56,904 nucleotides of DNA, taken from the NCBI GenBank assembly GCA_024641785.1, contig JAHECK010000003.1, forward strand, positions 1-56,904. The letters run 5' to 3'. The position numbers were made by a program, and so were the translations under genes. This document shows, piece by piece, positions 35,057 to 45,244 of this stretch. The DNA is from Flavobacteriales bacterium. GTDB lineage: Bacteria > Bacteroidota > Bacteroidia > Flavobacteriales_D > JAHECK01. Position 1 is the first letter of the stretch. Each line of letters starts with the position of its first letter. The notes under the pieces are model-generated. The model ran no database searches and was not told the DNA's origin. It saw nothing but the letters and a program-made list of their open reading frames with translations.

Positions 35057-36511
35057 ATGAGGTATATACTGGTACTTTTCTTTCTCATTATGGCTTTAAG
35101 TTCGATCGGGCAGACTGAGTTTGAAGGAAAATTAAATGCTATTATCAGTGAATCTCAGGAGCAAGTGTCGATGTATGGAATCGATGATCAGATCGAATCC
35201 TATGCTTGTCCGCCAAAACTGACCAAAGCAGGAGATGATAGTTTACTTTCTTTTTTGCATGACTTATTTATAGAAAACGATCTTGAGAAAACCTTCTTTC
35301 TTGATAAAATGATGCAGGATCATTGTCAACCTTATTATAACGCGAAGATTTTAGATGAACATTATCGCCCCATTTATTCAAAATTAATAAAGGAATATGT
35401 CGAGTCTGATCTATATGAATCAATACCAATCGCACTAAGTTCTTCCAATCCAAGTTTACAAATAGAAGGGGATCGGGTTGGACTCTGGCAATTATCTTAT
35501 GTTAATGCTCGCCGATTTGGCTTGCAAATAGATGAATTAATTGATGAACGTTATGACCTCACTCGATCAACATACGCAGCGATACAGTATTTCATGTTTT
35601 TAGAAAGTACTTATCCCGATCGACCACTTTTAGTAATAAGTGCATTTTATACATCAGTTCCTTATGTAAATAAAAAACTTTCAAGACTTCAGGATAGATC
35701 AGATGAAGCTTTTTTAAAAGCTATCGATGCTGACTTAAGAAGTTTTTTGATCTACCTCGTAACATGGAATGAATGGAGTAATAATTTCAAAGAGTATAAA
35801 AAAAATGATCTGATCGCTAAAGTTCAAAAGAAGTGGAAGACAATTGAAGTAAAAGATACTATAGAGATTTCGGTATTAGTAGAGTTTTTAGGTTTGAAAA
35901 CAAGTCTTATTAAACAAATGAATCCGCTTTGGATCGGAGATATTATTACGGATAAAACAATGGAATATCCCTTTTATTTACCCGAAGAGAAAGCCGATTT
36001 TATTATGTCGCATTATGATGGCTTTTTGAATTTCAAAAAGGAAAAAGAAAACAAGAAGAAGGAAGAACTCATCGCTTTAAAAAAGCGATTGGCTAACAAT
36101 GTTCCTGATCCTTCAAAATACATGGCGATTACTTATAAAGTAAGGTCGGGCGATGTATTAGGGCTGATTGCACAACGAAACAGTGTTTCGGTTACTAACA
36201 TTAAAAAATGGAATAAACTTTCGTCTGATCGAATCAATATTGGTCAGGAACTCGTCCTTTATGTTCCAAAAGGAAAAGAAAAAGAGCTAGAGCAGGAAGA
36301 GGAAAAAGACGATAATAAGATTGAATTAGTAAATACAGAACCAAAACCGGGAAAAGGCTCGTATACGAATTACACTGTAAAAGATGGAGAATCTTTATGG
36401 TTGATCGCACGAAAATTCCCGGGTGTTTCTTCCGAGAATATTATGGAGTGGAATGGAATAAGCGATAAAATAAAACCCGGACAAGTTTTAAAGATCTATA
36501 AAGGGGAGTAG
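35057..36511 (+). CDS. MltD-like lytic transglycosylase homolog with two C-terminal LysM domains
   Basis: Has an SLT-like segment (..NPSLQIEGDRVGLWQLSYVNARRFGL..) and two LysM repeats (YKVRSGDVLGLIAQRNSVSVTNIKKWNKL; YTVKDGESLWLIARKF...NIMEWNGI). Confidence 0.8.
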   Translation: MRYILVLFFLIMALSSIGQTEFEGKLNAIISESQEQVSMYGIDDQIESYACPPKLTKAGDDSLLSFLHDLFIENDLEKTFFLDKMMQDHCQPYYNAKILDEHYRPIYSKLIKEYVESDLYESIPIALSSSNPSLQIEGDRVGLWQLSYVNARRFGLQIDELIDERYDLTRSTYAAIQYFMFLESTYPDRPLLVISAFYTSVPYVNKKLSRLQDRSDEAFLKAIDADLRSFLIYLVTWNEWSNNFKEYKKNDLIAKVQKKWKTIEVKDTIEISVLVEFLGLKTSLIKQMNPLWIGDIITDKTMEYPFYLPEEKADFIMSHYDGFLNFKKEKENKKKEELIALKKRLANNVPDPSKYMAITYKVRSGDVLGLIAQRNSVSVTNIKKWNKLSSDRINIGQELVLYVPKGKEKELEQEEEKDDNKIELVNTEPKPGKGSYTNYTVKDGESLWLIARKFPGVSSENIMEWNGISDKIKPGQVLKIYKGE

Positions 36512-36541
36512 TTATTGAAAATGGATTAATTAAAAGAGGAT

Positions 36542-38011
36542 TTGAAGCCAATACAAATATTTTTTATTCTTCTTGCCATAGGTTTTCTAGGCTTATTTAC
36601 GATGCTTTATTTTCCAAAGGATGGAATTAAAATAAACGATGAGATTACCCTTCGCTTTGCTTCTATCAATGATTTTTTAGAGCTAGAAGATGATCGAATA
36701 AAGAATGTTGAAGAATTCCTCAATCTTTACGAAGTTGGGATCGATTCGACGGCGATCTTAGATTCTATTCAGAGGGCAAAGATTGCTTATCATAAAGAAA
36801 TGCTTCGTATTCAATGGCCAAATAATGATCGAAGCGCTTTAAGAATTTTCCTTAATTCTTTAGAGAAAGTGAAGGAGGGATCGGTTAAAAAAGTGCGCGT
36901 AATGCATTATGGCGATTCTCAAATTGAAGGTGATCGGATCACATCCTATATTCGAAACGAATTTCAAAATGAATATGGTGGTCAGGGTCAGGGTCTTATT
37001 CCTATTGTTGAAGGGGTTCCAAGTGCTTCTATTAAGCAAATCAATTCCGATAATTGGTACCGTTTCACCTTATTTGGCCGTCCGGATACAAATATTCAAC
37101 ACAATCGATATGCTCCTTTAGGAAGTTTAGGGATGTTCAGCTATCCTTTGATCGACTCTTTATTGCCAGATACCAGCATGAAAAAAGCCTGGATAGAGTT
37201 TTCACAGAGTGGGATGGCTAAAAAAAGAGCGAGAGAATTTTCGGAGTTGACTTTATATTATGGCTATTCTACGAAAGAAACCATCGTAAACACTTTCATT
37301 GAAGATAGTCTGAAACGCTTTGACGAACTAAAAATAGGGGAGGGATTTCAAAGTATAAAATGGAACTTCCCGACTACGCCAAAAAAATTACGACTGGAAT
37401 TTGAAGGTACTGAAAGTCCGGAGTTTTATGCTTTTTCTTTTGAAGGAAACCGTGGTGTCATCGTTGATAATATCGCTATGAGAGGGAGTTCCGGGACCTT
37501 GTTTAAGAAAATGAATCACAATCAACTCGCTAGTTTTATTCAGAATAAAAATGTCGAATTATTTATTCTCCAATATGGTGGGAATACGGTTCCTTATATT
37601 AAAAATCAAGCACAGGCAGTGACTTATGGAGGTTGGATAAAATCACAAATTGAATACCTGAGGAAATTAAAACCAAATGCGGCCTTTATTATTATAGGAC
37701 CTTCGGATATGTCTACTAAAGTTGCCGGAAAATTCATGACCTTCCCTTATTTAGTTGATGTTCGAAATGCCTTAAAGAAAGCGGCATTTGAAAGTGGAGC
37801 CGGGTTTTGGGATCTTTATGAAGTGATGGGAGGAAGGAATTCAATGATCTCTTGGGTAGAGTCTGACCCTCCATTAGCAGGTGCCGATTATGTACATTTT
37901 AATCATCGGGGAACTCAAAGAGTCTCTGAATTATTTATAAAAGCTTTATGGACTGATTTTAAGGAATTGAAAGCCGAATCGGTCAAGGTGAATACAGTAA
38001 CAAACGAATAA
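36542..38011 (+). CDS. SGNH/GDSL-family hydrolase or O-acetyltransferase (membrane anchored)
   Basis: Has an N-terminal TM anchor, SGNH block I (VMHYGDSQIEG) and block V (DYVHFNHRG). It uses a TTG start. Confidence 0.7.
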   Translation: MKPIQIFFILLAIGFLGLFTMLYFPKDGIKINDEITLRFASINDFLELEDDRIKNVEEFLNLYEVGIDSTAILDSIQRAKIAYHKEMLRIQWPNNDRSALRIFLNSLEKVKEGSVKKVRVMHYGDSQIEGDRITSYIRNEFQNEYGGQGQGLIPIVEGVPSASIKQINSDNWYRFTLFGRPDTNIQHNRYAPLGSLGMFSYPLIDSLLPDTSMKKAWIEFSQSGMAKKRAREFSELTLYYGYSTKETIVNTFIEDSLKRFDELKIGEGFQSIKWNFPTTPKKLRLEFEGTESPEFYAFSFEGNRGVIVDNIAMRGSSGTLFKKMNHNQLASFIQNKNVELFILQYGGNTVPYIKNQAQAVTYGGWIKSQIEYLRKLKPNAAFIIIGPSDMSTKVAGKFMTFPYLVDVRNALKKAAFESGAGFWDLYEVMGGRNSMISWVESDPPLAGADYVHFNHRGTQRVSELFIKALWTDFKELKAESVKVNTVTNE

Positions 38012-38037
38012 CATCCATTTAAAACAAGGGAAAGAAA

Positions 38038-39357
38038 ATGAAATTTAAAGTGCTAAGAAATAAGAGATTTGGAAATGGTTTTTTGTTAGTCTTAATTCTC
38101 TTAAGTGTCATTTTCTTTTATCAATTTTCATTCACAGCGAAAGAGAGCTATAAAAATCTCAATCCTGCCGATAACATTCCTAATTATAGCTTTATAGAAT
38201 ATCAGGAAAACCGTTTGCAATTCCCCGGGGGAAAAGATGGTTTTGAGTCTTTTTATCAAAAATTGGATTCACTTACTCTTTATGGAATTGGAAAAGTCAA
38301 TATAATGCATATTGGTGGATCCCATGTTCAGGCAGGTACGCTTTCAGGTCGTATGAGAGAAAATATGTATACACTCGCGGATGGAATTAAAGGGGATAGA
38401 GGTTTCTTTTTTCCGTATTCTATGGCGCATACAAATAGTCCAAGAAATTTTAAAGTGAGTTTTACAGGCGAATGGGAAGGATGTCGAAATGCCCTTAAAA
38501 AGAATCATTGCCCTTGGGGTTTATCCGGAATTACAGCAACAACTTATGATTCTTTAACGAGCACGCAGATCTACGCTTTCGATAAGGATTCGGTTTTATA
38601 CTCTTTTAATAAGGTCTTAATTTATCATTTGGCAACACCTGAATCATTTGAGGTTAGACTCGATAGCCGTTTTGAAGTGAATAGTGTCTGGACCGATTCC
38701 ATCGCCGGAATTACCACCTTTGAATTAGCAAAAAGCTATGATACCCTATACTTCGAAACTGTAAAATGCGATTCAAATCAAAGTTATTTTGTCTTACAAG
38801 GCATTCAGCTGGAAAGCGGACAGGACGGACTCAGTTATACTTCAATTGGGGTAAACGGAGCCTCCGTTCCAGCCTATTTGCGCTGTCAATATTTTGAGGC
38901 GCAATTAAAAAGTGTGATTCCTGATCTGGTGATTTTTGGAATTGGTATCAATGATGCCTACGTCCCGGAAAATCAGTTTTCACAAGAAGAATACGAACAA
39001 AATTATCGTGAATTAATGAATCAATTCAGGTCGGTAAATCCAAGGGTGCAGTTTCTCTTTATGTCGAATAACGACAGCTATTATAAAAGACGTTTCCCAA
39101 ATCCGAACATTTTTAAAGTAAGAGATGCAATGCTTAATCTTTCGACCGAATATGGGGCTGCTTATTGGGATTTATTCGCCGTAATGGGAGGCTTGAATTC
39201 GATCAGTTATTGGCAAAATGAAGGCTTGGCAAAAAGTGATAAAGTTCATTTTACCCCTTCTGGCTATATATTACAAGCCGATTTATTATTCAAAGCATTT
39301 CGTGACTCTTATGGAGATCATTTAAGTATGTTAAATTCTACCGCAAGCAAAGACTAG
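38038..39357 (+). CDS. SGNH-like hydrolase/acetyltransferase paralog
   Basis: Has an N-terminal TM anchor, block I variant IMHIGGSHVQAG, block III-like GINDA and block V DKVHFTPSG. Confidence 0.65.
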   Translation: MKFKVLRNKRFGNGFLLVLILLSVIFFYQFSFTAKESYKNLNPADNIPNYSFIEYQENRLQFPGGKDGFESFYQKLDSLTLYGIGKVNIMHIGGSHVQAGTLSGRMRENMYTLADGIKGDRGFFFPYSMAHTNSPRNFKVSFTGEWEGCRNALKKNHCPWGLSGITATTYDSLTSTQIYAFDKDSVLYSFNKVLIYHLATPESFEVRLDSRFEVNSVWTDSIAGITTFELAKSYDTLYFETVKCDSNQSYFVLQGIQLESGQDGLSYTSIGVNGASVPAYLRCQYFEAQLKSVIPDLVIFGIGINDAYVPENQFSQEEYEQNYRELMNQFRSVNPRVQFLFMSNNDSYYKRRFPNPNIFKVRDAMLNLSTEYGAAYWDLFAVMGGLNSISYWQNEGLAKSDKVHFTPSGYILQADLLFKAFRDSYGDHLSMLNSTASKD

Positions 39358-39360
39358 AAG

Positions 39361-41019
39361 TTGAAATTCGATTACAGCGACATATTTCTTTATCTGGAAA
39401 ACACACCCTTGCTGTTTACCCAGCTTTATTTCTGGATTTTCTTTGCTATCGTTCTTTTTATCTACTCTTTTATTTATAAAAACAAGCCGGTACGAAATGC
39501 ATATCTATTTATTGTTTCTTTATTTTTTTATTGGAAGACCTCAGGGTTTTTCTTCATTATACTTTTGGTTTCTACTCTAACAGATTATCTCCTTGGCTTT
39601 AAGATCTATAATGCCAAGAAATTAACGATAAAAAGAAGCTGGTTAGCCATTAGTATTTTTGTAAATCTCTTTTTACTGATCTACTTTAAGTATGCCTACT
39701 TCTTTACATCATCGATCAATGAGCTATTAGGTACTCATATAGAAGTGATTAACCATTTTGCTCATTTTACAAATGTGCTTTACAATACTAATTTTAGAGT
39801 AGATGCTATTTTATTACCGGTGGGGATTTCCTTTTATACTTTTCAAACGATGAGTTATTCCATCGATTTGTATAGAGGTGAATTAAAACCGGTAAAAAGC
39901 TTTCTTGATTTCGGATTTTATGTTTCCTTTTTCCCGCAATTAGTAGCGGGACCTATTGTAAGAGCATCGAATTTCATCCCTCAACTTTATGAGGATTATC
40001 ATTTAACGAAAAGAGAATTCGGGATAGCGGTATTTTGGATTCTGAATGGTCTGGTTAAAAAGATGTTTTTAGCAGATTATATTGCGGTAAACTTTATTGA
40101 TAGAGTTTTCAGTAATCCCCATTCTTATTCCGGTTTTGAAGGTTTGATGGCTTTATATGGCTATTCACTACAGGTATATGCTGATTTTTCGGGATATACT
40201 GATATTGCCATTGGAGTGTCTCTTTTAATGGGATTCCGTTTGCCTAAAAACTTTGATTCACCATATAAAGCGGTAAGTACGGGAAATTTCTGGAAGCGTT
40301 GGCATATTAGTCTTTCTACATGGCTCAAAGATTATCTCTATATCCCAATGGGAGGAAATAGAGGAGGTTCGATCTTTATGTACATCATGTTGACCATCAT
40401 TTTATTTTTTATCACCTTGATCGCGGCATCATTGTGGGTAGCTTTGGGCCTTCTCGTTTTTGTTACATCAATGATGGTATTGGCACGCTTCGTCCCAATG
40501 TTTAAGCGATGGCTGATCACTAATATAAACATTATGCTTACCATGTTGATCGGAGGATTGTGGCATGGAGCAAGTTGGAATTTTGTTCTTTGGGGAGGAT
40601 TGAATGGAGTCGGAATTGTAGTTTATAAACTATGGCGAAAGATCAGTCCATGGGAGAGTAAAAACACCTGGTATAAAAGAGCCTGGGCGATATTTTTAAC
40701 TTTTAATTTCATCACCTTCACAAGGATCTGGTTTAGAAGTGAATCTTTCGAAAAAGCAGCCCAACTCATCCATCAGATCCAATACAATTTTAATTTCGGA
40801 ATTATTCCGGAGGTCGTTTCTTCCTTTTGGAAGGTGTTTTTGGTGATGGTAATTGGATATGTAATTCACTGGTTACCAGGATGGTTTAAAGACTGGTATA
40901 AAGAATTATTTATCAAAACACCTATCGTTCTAAAAATTGTGATTTCTTTTATTGCTGTATTCATTATTTATCAGGTAATGTCGGCAGATATGCTCCCTTT
41001 CATTTATTTTCAGTTTTAG
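39361..41019 (+). CDS. MBOAT-family membrane O-acyltransferase (AlgI/PatA/DltB-like)
   Basis: 552-aa polytopic protein carrying the conserved FW.RWHISLS.WL.DYLYIP.GG..G and GLWHGASWNF(V)LWG motifs (the MBOAT catalytic His region). Confidence 0.9.
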   Translation: MKFDYSDIFLYLENTPLLFTQLYFWIFFAIVLFIYSFIYKNKPVRNAYLFIVSLFFYWKTSGFFFIILLVSTLTDYLLGFKIYNAKKLTIKRSWLAISIFVNLFLLIYFKYAYFFTSSINELLGTHIEVINHFAHFTNVLYNTNFRVDAILLPVGISFYTFQTMSYSIDLYRGELKPVKSFLDFGFYVSFFPQLVAGPIVRASNFIPQLYEDYHLTKREFGIAVFWILNGLVKKMFLADYIAVNFIDRVFSNPHSYSGFEGLMALYGYSLQVYADFSGYTDIAIGVSLLMGFRLPKNFDSPYKAVSTGNFWKRWHISLSTWLKDYLYIPMGGNRGGSIFMYIMLTIILFFITLIAASLWVALGLLVFVTSMMVLARFVPMFKRWLITNINIMLTMLIGGLWHGASWNFVLWGGLNGVGIVVYKLWRKISPWESKNTWYKRAWAIFLTFNFITFTRIWFRSESFEKAAQLIHQIQYNFNFGIIPEVVSSFWKVFLVMVIGYVIHWLPGWFKDWYKELFIKTPIVLKIVISFIAVFIIYQVMSADMLPFIYFQF

Positions 41020-41193
41020 CGTAAAGTGCTGCTTAATTATTTATAAAAAAAGTGCATTTAAAGCTTCCTTCGAAGTTGGTGTAAGTGTAAGATATACAAT
41101 TACTTACCTTCCCAAATCAAATATCGGATCAGTTTTTAGCTTTTTAAGTGTTATTTCTTTCTCTTTTTCGCTATATACTCACGAAAGGTTTTT

Positions 41194-41201
41194 TATTTTT
41201 G
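41194..41201 (+). promoter_or_regulatory. Candidate -7 box (TAnnTTTG) for the nqr operon
   Basis: The sequence tatttttg lies 24 nt upstream of the ATG at 41226. It falls inside the ORF-track N-terminal extension of nqrA, which argues against that extension. Confidence 0.45.
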
Positions 41202-41225
41202 CACTCAATAAAATTGTTCAGCCAT

Positions 41226-42584
41226 ATGTCAAATGCTATATCTATCAAGCGAGGACTAGATATCAAGCTGAAAGGGTCAGCCGAAAAAATTACCGGACCT
41301 GAAACCCGCTCAAATGTTTACGCAGTTAAACCCACAGATTTTATAGGTTTGACCCCAAAACTTTCTGTCCGACAAGGAGATGAAGTTTTAGCGGGGACGT
41401 CATTATTCTATGATAAAAACAATCCTGAAATTTTCTTTCCTTCTCCAGTAAGCGGGGAGGTTTTAGAAATTAAACGTGGGGCAAAGCGTAAAATTCTTGA
41501 AGTATTAGTTCTTGCAGATAAAGAGATTCATTATCTGGATTACGGGAAAGCCGATTCAGCTTCCATGACCCGAGAAGAAGTGATCGATAAGTTGGTTAAA
41601 GCCGGTTTATGGTCTCTCATCAGACAACGTCCTTTTTCTATTATACCTGATTATACCTCGCTTCCTAAAGCGATCCATATTTCAGCATTTAATAGTAATC
41701 CTCTCGCTCCTGATATGGATTATGTTATCAGAGGAAACGAAGCATTATTCCAAAAAGGGATTGATGTGATCACAAAACTTTCTGATAATGTTAATCTTAA
41801 TATCAGCGGTAAAACGGGATATTCTAAAGAATTTGAATCCGTAAAAGGAGTAAAGATCAATCGATTTGTTGGTCCACATCCGGCGGGTAATATTGGAGTT
41901 CAGGTGAGTAAGCTGGGTCCGATCAATAAAGGCGAAAGCATCTGGTATCTTTATCCTGCTGAAGTTTTAATGATCGCTCGTTTATTTGAAACCGGTAAGG
42001 TTGATTTACGAAAAAAGATTGCACTTACAGGTTCAGAAGTGAAAGCTCCTCAATATTTTGATGTTATTGTTGGAACATCCATTTCGTCTGTAGTTCAAAA
42101 AAGTGTAGCCAATACAAATGTTCGATATATTTCTGGAAATCCATTGTCTGGAACAAAAGTAGAGTTAGATGGATTTTTAAGTTTTTATGATGATCAGATC
42201 ACCGTACTTCCTGAAGGAAATAAGTTGGATTTTCTTTTAACGGAAGGTTGGTTTAGTCTTGGTTTAAATAAATTCAGCATTTCTAAATCCTATTTTTCTT
42301 GGTTAATGCCAAATAAGGAATACAGTCTTACAACCAATATGAATGGTGAAAAAAGATCCTTTGTGGTTACCGGAGAAATGGAAAAAGTATTTCCATTCGA
42401 TATTTATCCAATGCAATTGATTAAATCAATAATGATCAATGATATTGATAGCATGGAGCAATTAGGTATTTATGAAGTTGATGCAGAAGATTTTGCATTA
42501 TGCGAATTTGTAAATACTTCGAAGATCGACATTCAGGACATTGTAAGAACCGGAATGGAAAATCTTAGAGAAGAATTATATTAA
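41226..42584 (+). CDS. nqrA: Na+-translocating NADH:quinone oxidoreductase subunit A
   Basis: MSNAISIKRGLDIKLKG is the typical NqrA N-terminus, and this is the first gene of an nqrABCDEF array. Confidence 0.92.
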   Translation: MSNAISIKRGLDIKLKGSAEKITGPETRSNVYAVKPTDFIGLTPKLSVRQGDEVLAGTSLFYDKNNPEIFFPSPVSGEVLEIKRGAKRKILEVLVLADKEIHYLDYGKADSASMTREEVIDKLVKAGLWSLIRQRPFSIIPDYTSLPKAIHISAFNSNPLAPDMDYVIRGNEALFQKGIDVITKLSDNVNLNISGKTGYSKEFESVKGVKINRFVGPHPAGNIGVQVSKLGPINKGESIWYLYPAEVLMIARLFETGKVDLRKKIALTGSEVKAPQYFDVIVGTSISSVVQKSVANTNVRYISGNPLSGTKVELDGFLSFYDDQITVLPEGNKLDFLLTEGWFSLGLNKFSISKSYFSWLMPNKEYSLTTNMNGEKRSFVVTGEMEKVFPFDIYPMQLIKSIMINDIDSMEQLGIYEVDAEDFALCEFVNTSKIDIQDIVRTGMENLREELY

Positions 42585-42610
42585 TAGCTATTAATCTAAA
42601 TTGACATATT

Positions 42611-43795
42611 TTGAAATTTTTAGAGAACTTTTTTCAAAAGCACAGACAAGATTTCGAAGAGGGAGGAAAGAACTATAAGTGGAGAACCTTTTACGAAACT
42701 TTTTTCACTTTTGCTTTTACTCCGGATATTACTACTCAAAAAGGATCACACATTCGCGATTCTATAGATCTTAAACGAACCATGTTTTTTGTGGTTATTG
42801 CGCTTATTCCGGCAACATTATTTGGAATGTGGAACTTAGGCTTTCAGCACTATATGGCTATAGGTCAGGAGTCGGGTCTCTGGGAGAATTTTTGGTTCGG
42901 ACTACTACAGTCATTACCAATGATCCTTGTTTCATATGGAGTTGGACTAGGTATTGAATTTATTTTTGCCCTCAAGCATCATGACGGTTTACAAGAAGGA
43001 TTTTTAGTTTCCGGTTTGTTGATCCCATTGATCATGCCTGTTAATACACCTTTATGGATGGTTGCAGTTGCAACTGCATTTGCAGTGGTAATTGGAAAGG
43101 AAGTTTTTGGTGGAACGGGAATGAATATCGTAAATATTGCGATTACAGCACGTGCCTTCTTATTCTTCGCTTACCCTACTCAAATGTCGGGAAACAAAGT
43201 ATGGATTGACCTTGCAGGTGAAGCTCCAGTGGATGGATTTACCGGTGCGACTGCCTTAGGAATAGCTGTTGAAGGAGGTAGTGAAGCGATCAATAATGCA
43301 GGAATGACATTAATGAATTCCTTTTGGGGTGTGATCCCGGGATCTATTGGAGAAACATCAACTGCTGCCATATTAATTGGGGCTTTGATCTTAATTTATA
43401 CCGGAATAGCATCATGGAAGATCATTGTATCTGGAATTGCCGGTGGTGCTTTAATGGGAATGTTGTTCAATTGGCTAGGGCCACAATTTTTCCCTGATAA
43501 CCTGTACTTGCAAGTTGGCTGGTTGCATCATTTAGTACTTGGAGGCTTTATGTTTGGGATCGTTTTCATGGCTACTGATCCTGTTACTGCGGCTCAAACT
43601 GAAAAAGGAAAATGGATCTATGGCTTTTTAATTGGTTTACTGGCAATTCTAATTAGAACAGTCAATCCAGCTTACCCTGAAGGAATGATGATGGCTATTT
43701 TATTCATGAATATTATGGCTCCGCTTGTTGATCATTATGTGGTCCAAGGAAATGTTAAGAAAAGAATGAAACGCTTAAAGGCCGTAAAAGCCTAA
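42611..43795 (+). CDS. nqrB: Na+-NQR subunit B
   Basis: Polytopic membrane protein with the FMN-attachment region GATALG... and overall NqrB/RnfD-like sequence. It uses a TTG start. Confidence 0.93.
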   Translation: MKFLENFFQKHRQDFEEGGKNYKWRTFYETFFTFAFTPDITTQKGSHIRDSIDLKRTMFFVVIALIPATLFGMWNLGFQHYMAIGQESGLWENFWFGLLQSLPMILVSYGVGLGIEFIFALKHHDGLQEGFLVSGLLIPLIMPVNTPLWMVAVATAFAVVIGKEVFGGTGMNIVNIAITARAFLFFAYPTQMSGNKVWIDLAGEAPVDGFTGATALGIAVEGGSEAINNAGMTLMNSFWGVIPGSIGETSTAAILIGALILIYTGIASWKIIVSGIAGGALMGMLFNWLGPQFFPDNLYLQVGWLHHLVLGGFMFGIVFMATDPVTAAQTEKGKWIYGFLIGLLAILIRTVNPAYPEGMMMAILFMNIMAPLVDHYVVQGNVKKRMKRLKAVKA

Positions 43796-43808
43796 AATTA
43801 GAAATAAC

Positions 43809-44534
43809 ATGGCAATAGATAGAAATAGTAATTCTTTCACGTTTGGCTTCGCAATAGCAATGGTTATTGTTGTCGGAACAACATTGGCCTTTTTATCGAT
43901 GTATCTTAAACCTTATCAATTAAAAAATGAGAAGGATAAAAAGATGATAAGTATTCTGGGGGCAATAAACGTTGAAGCAGATCGAACGAATGCAGCGGAG
44001 GTTTATAAAACCTTTATCCTGGATTCAAAAGTATTAAATAGCAAAGGAGAACAAATCGAAAGTGATCAAAATGCTTTTGATATCGATGTTCAAAAACAAT
44101 ATAAAGACAAAAATGTTGCCGTTGCAGATCGAATATATCCTTTATTTATTGCAGATAAAGAAGGGGTCAAATATTATATCATGCCGGTTGCAGGAACAGG
44201 TCTTTGGGGTCCAATTTGGGGTTTTATCTCTGTCGGAAGTGACTTAAGCACAATTTATGGAGCTCGCTTTGATCATAAAGGGGAAACTCCGGGTTTAGGA
44301 GCCGAAATTTCTTCTTATGAAAAATTCCAAAAACAATGGGATGGTAAAAAAATCAGCGATCCTGATGGATCATTTCATCCTATGAATGTCTCAAAAACAC
44401 CCGTTGAAGGAAGTGATCCTTTCGCAGTTGATGGAATTACAGGAGGAACAATAACCAGTAAAGGACTAGAAGAAATGGTAAATCGTTCAGTTACGATTTA
44501 TGTGACATATTTTCAGTCGATTAGCACTAAGTAG
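43809..44534 (+). CDS. nqrC: Na+-NQR subunit C
   Basis: 241-aa product with a single N-terminal TM segment and the FMN-binding motif VDGITGGTITSKG (S/TGAT-type). Confidence 0.9.
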   Translation: MAIDRNSNSFTFGFAIAMVIVVGTTLAFLSMYLKPYQLKNEKDKKMISILGAINVEADRTNAAEVYKTFILDSKVLNSKGEQIESDQNAFDIDVQKQYKDKNVAVADRIYPLFIADKEGVKYYIMPVAGTGLWGPIWGFISVGSDLSTIYGARFDHKGETPGLGAEISSYEKFQKQWDGKKISDPDGSFHPMNVSKTPVEGSDPFAVDGITGGTITSKGLEEMVNRSVTIYVTYFQSISTK

Positions 44535-44554
44535 TTGAATAAAATTGTAATAAA

Positions 44555-45232
44555 ATGAGTGAAGAAACAACGGATATTCAATTGAAAAAACCTAAAGAAG
44601 GTCTTTTTTCAAAAAAGAATAGAAAACTGATCACCGATCCGCTCGATGATTCTAATCCAATCACAGTTCAGGTACTTGGGATCTGCTCCGCATTAGCAAT
44701 TACAGTTCAAGTAGAACAAGCGATTGTAATGTCATTATCAGTATTGTTCGTTTTAATGGCAGGTAACTTTCTTATCTCATTGATGAGAAACGTAATTCCA
44801 AATCGAATTCGAATTATTGTACAGCTGGTAGTTGTTGCTGCTTTGGTGATTATAGTTAATGAATTATTGAAAGCTTTTATGCCGGATGTATCAGAAAAAT
44901 TATCAGTTTTTGTTGGCTTGATCATCACTAACTGTATTATTATGGGACGACTTGAAGCTTTTGCTCTTGGAAATAAACCTTGGCCTTCTGTATTAGATGG
45001 AATTGGAAACGGATTTGGTTATGCCTGGGTTTTAATCGTTGTGGCTGTTTTTAGAGAACTTTTAGGATCAGGAACAATTTTAGGTATTAAATTATTAGAA
45101 CCTTTAGGTATTTATAACATCGGGTATATGAATAATAATATGATGATTCTCCCTCCAATGGCACTTGTTACTGTAGGGATAATAATTTGGGTACAACGTG
45201 CTCGAAATACTAAACTGATCGAAGCTAATTAA
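44555..45232 (+). CDS. nqrD: Na+-NQR subunit D
   Basis: NqrD/RnfE-like membrane protein (..NP..VQVLGICSALA.T..). Confidence 0.93.
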   Translation: MSEETTDIQLKKPKEGLFSKKNRKLITDPLDDSNPITVQVLGICSALAITVQVEQAIVMSLSVLFVLMAGNFLISLMRNVIPNRIRIIVQLVVVAALVIIVNELLKAFMPDVSEKLSVFVGLIITNCIIMGRLEAFALGNKPWPSVLDGIGNGFGYAWVLIVVAVFRELLGSGTILGIKLLEPLGIYNIGYMNNNMMILPPMALVTVGIIIWVQRARNTKLIEAN

Positions 45233-45244
45233 TAGAAAAAGACT

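Noticed and set aside
41148-41225. 26-codon N-terminal extension of nqrA in the ORF track
   Set aside because: The extension (MLFLSLFRYILTKGFLFLHSIKLFSH) is not NqrA-like and contains the TAnnTTTG box at 41194-41201. NqrA homologs start at MS.AI.IKRGLDI.., that is, at the ATG at 41226.
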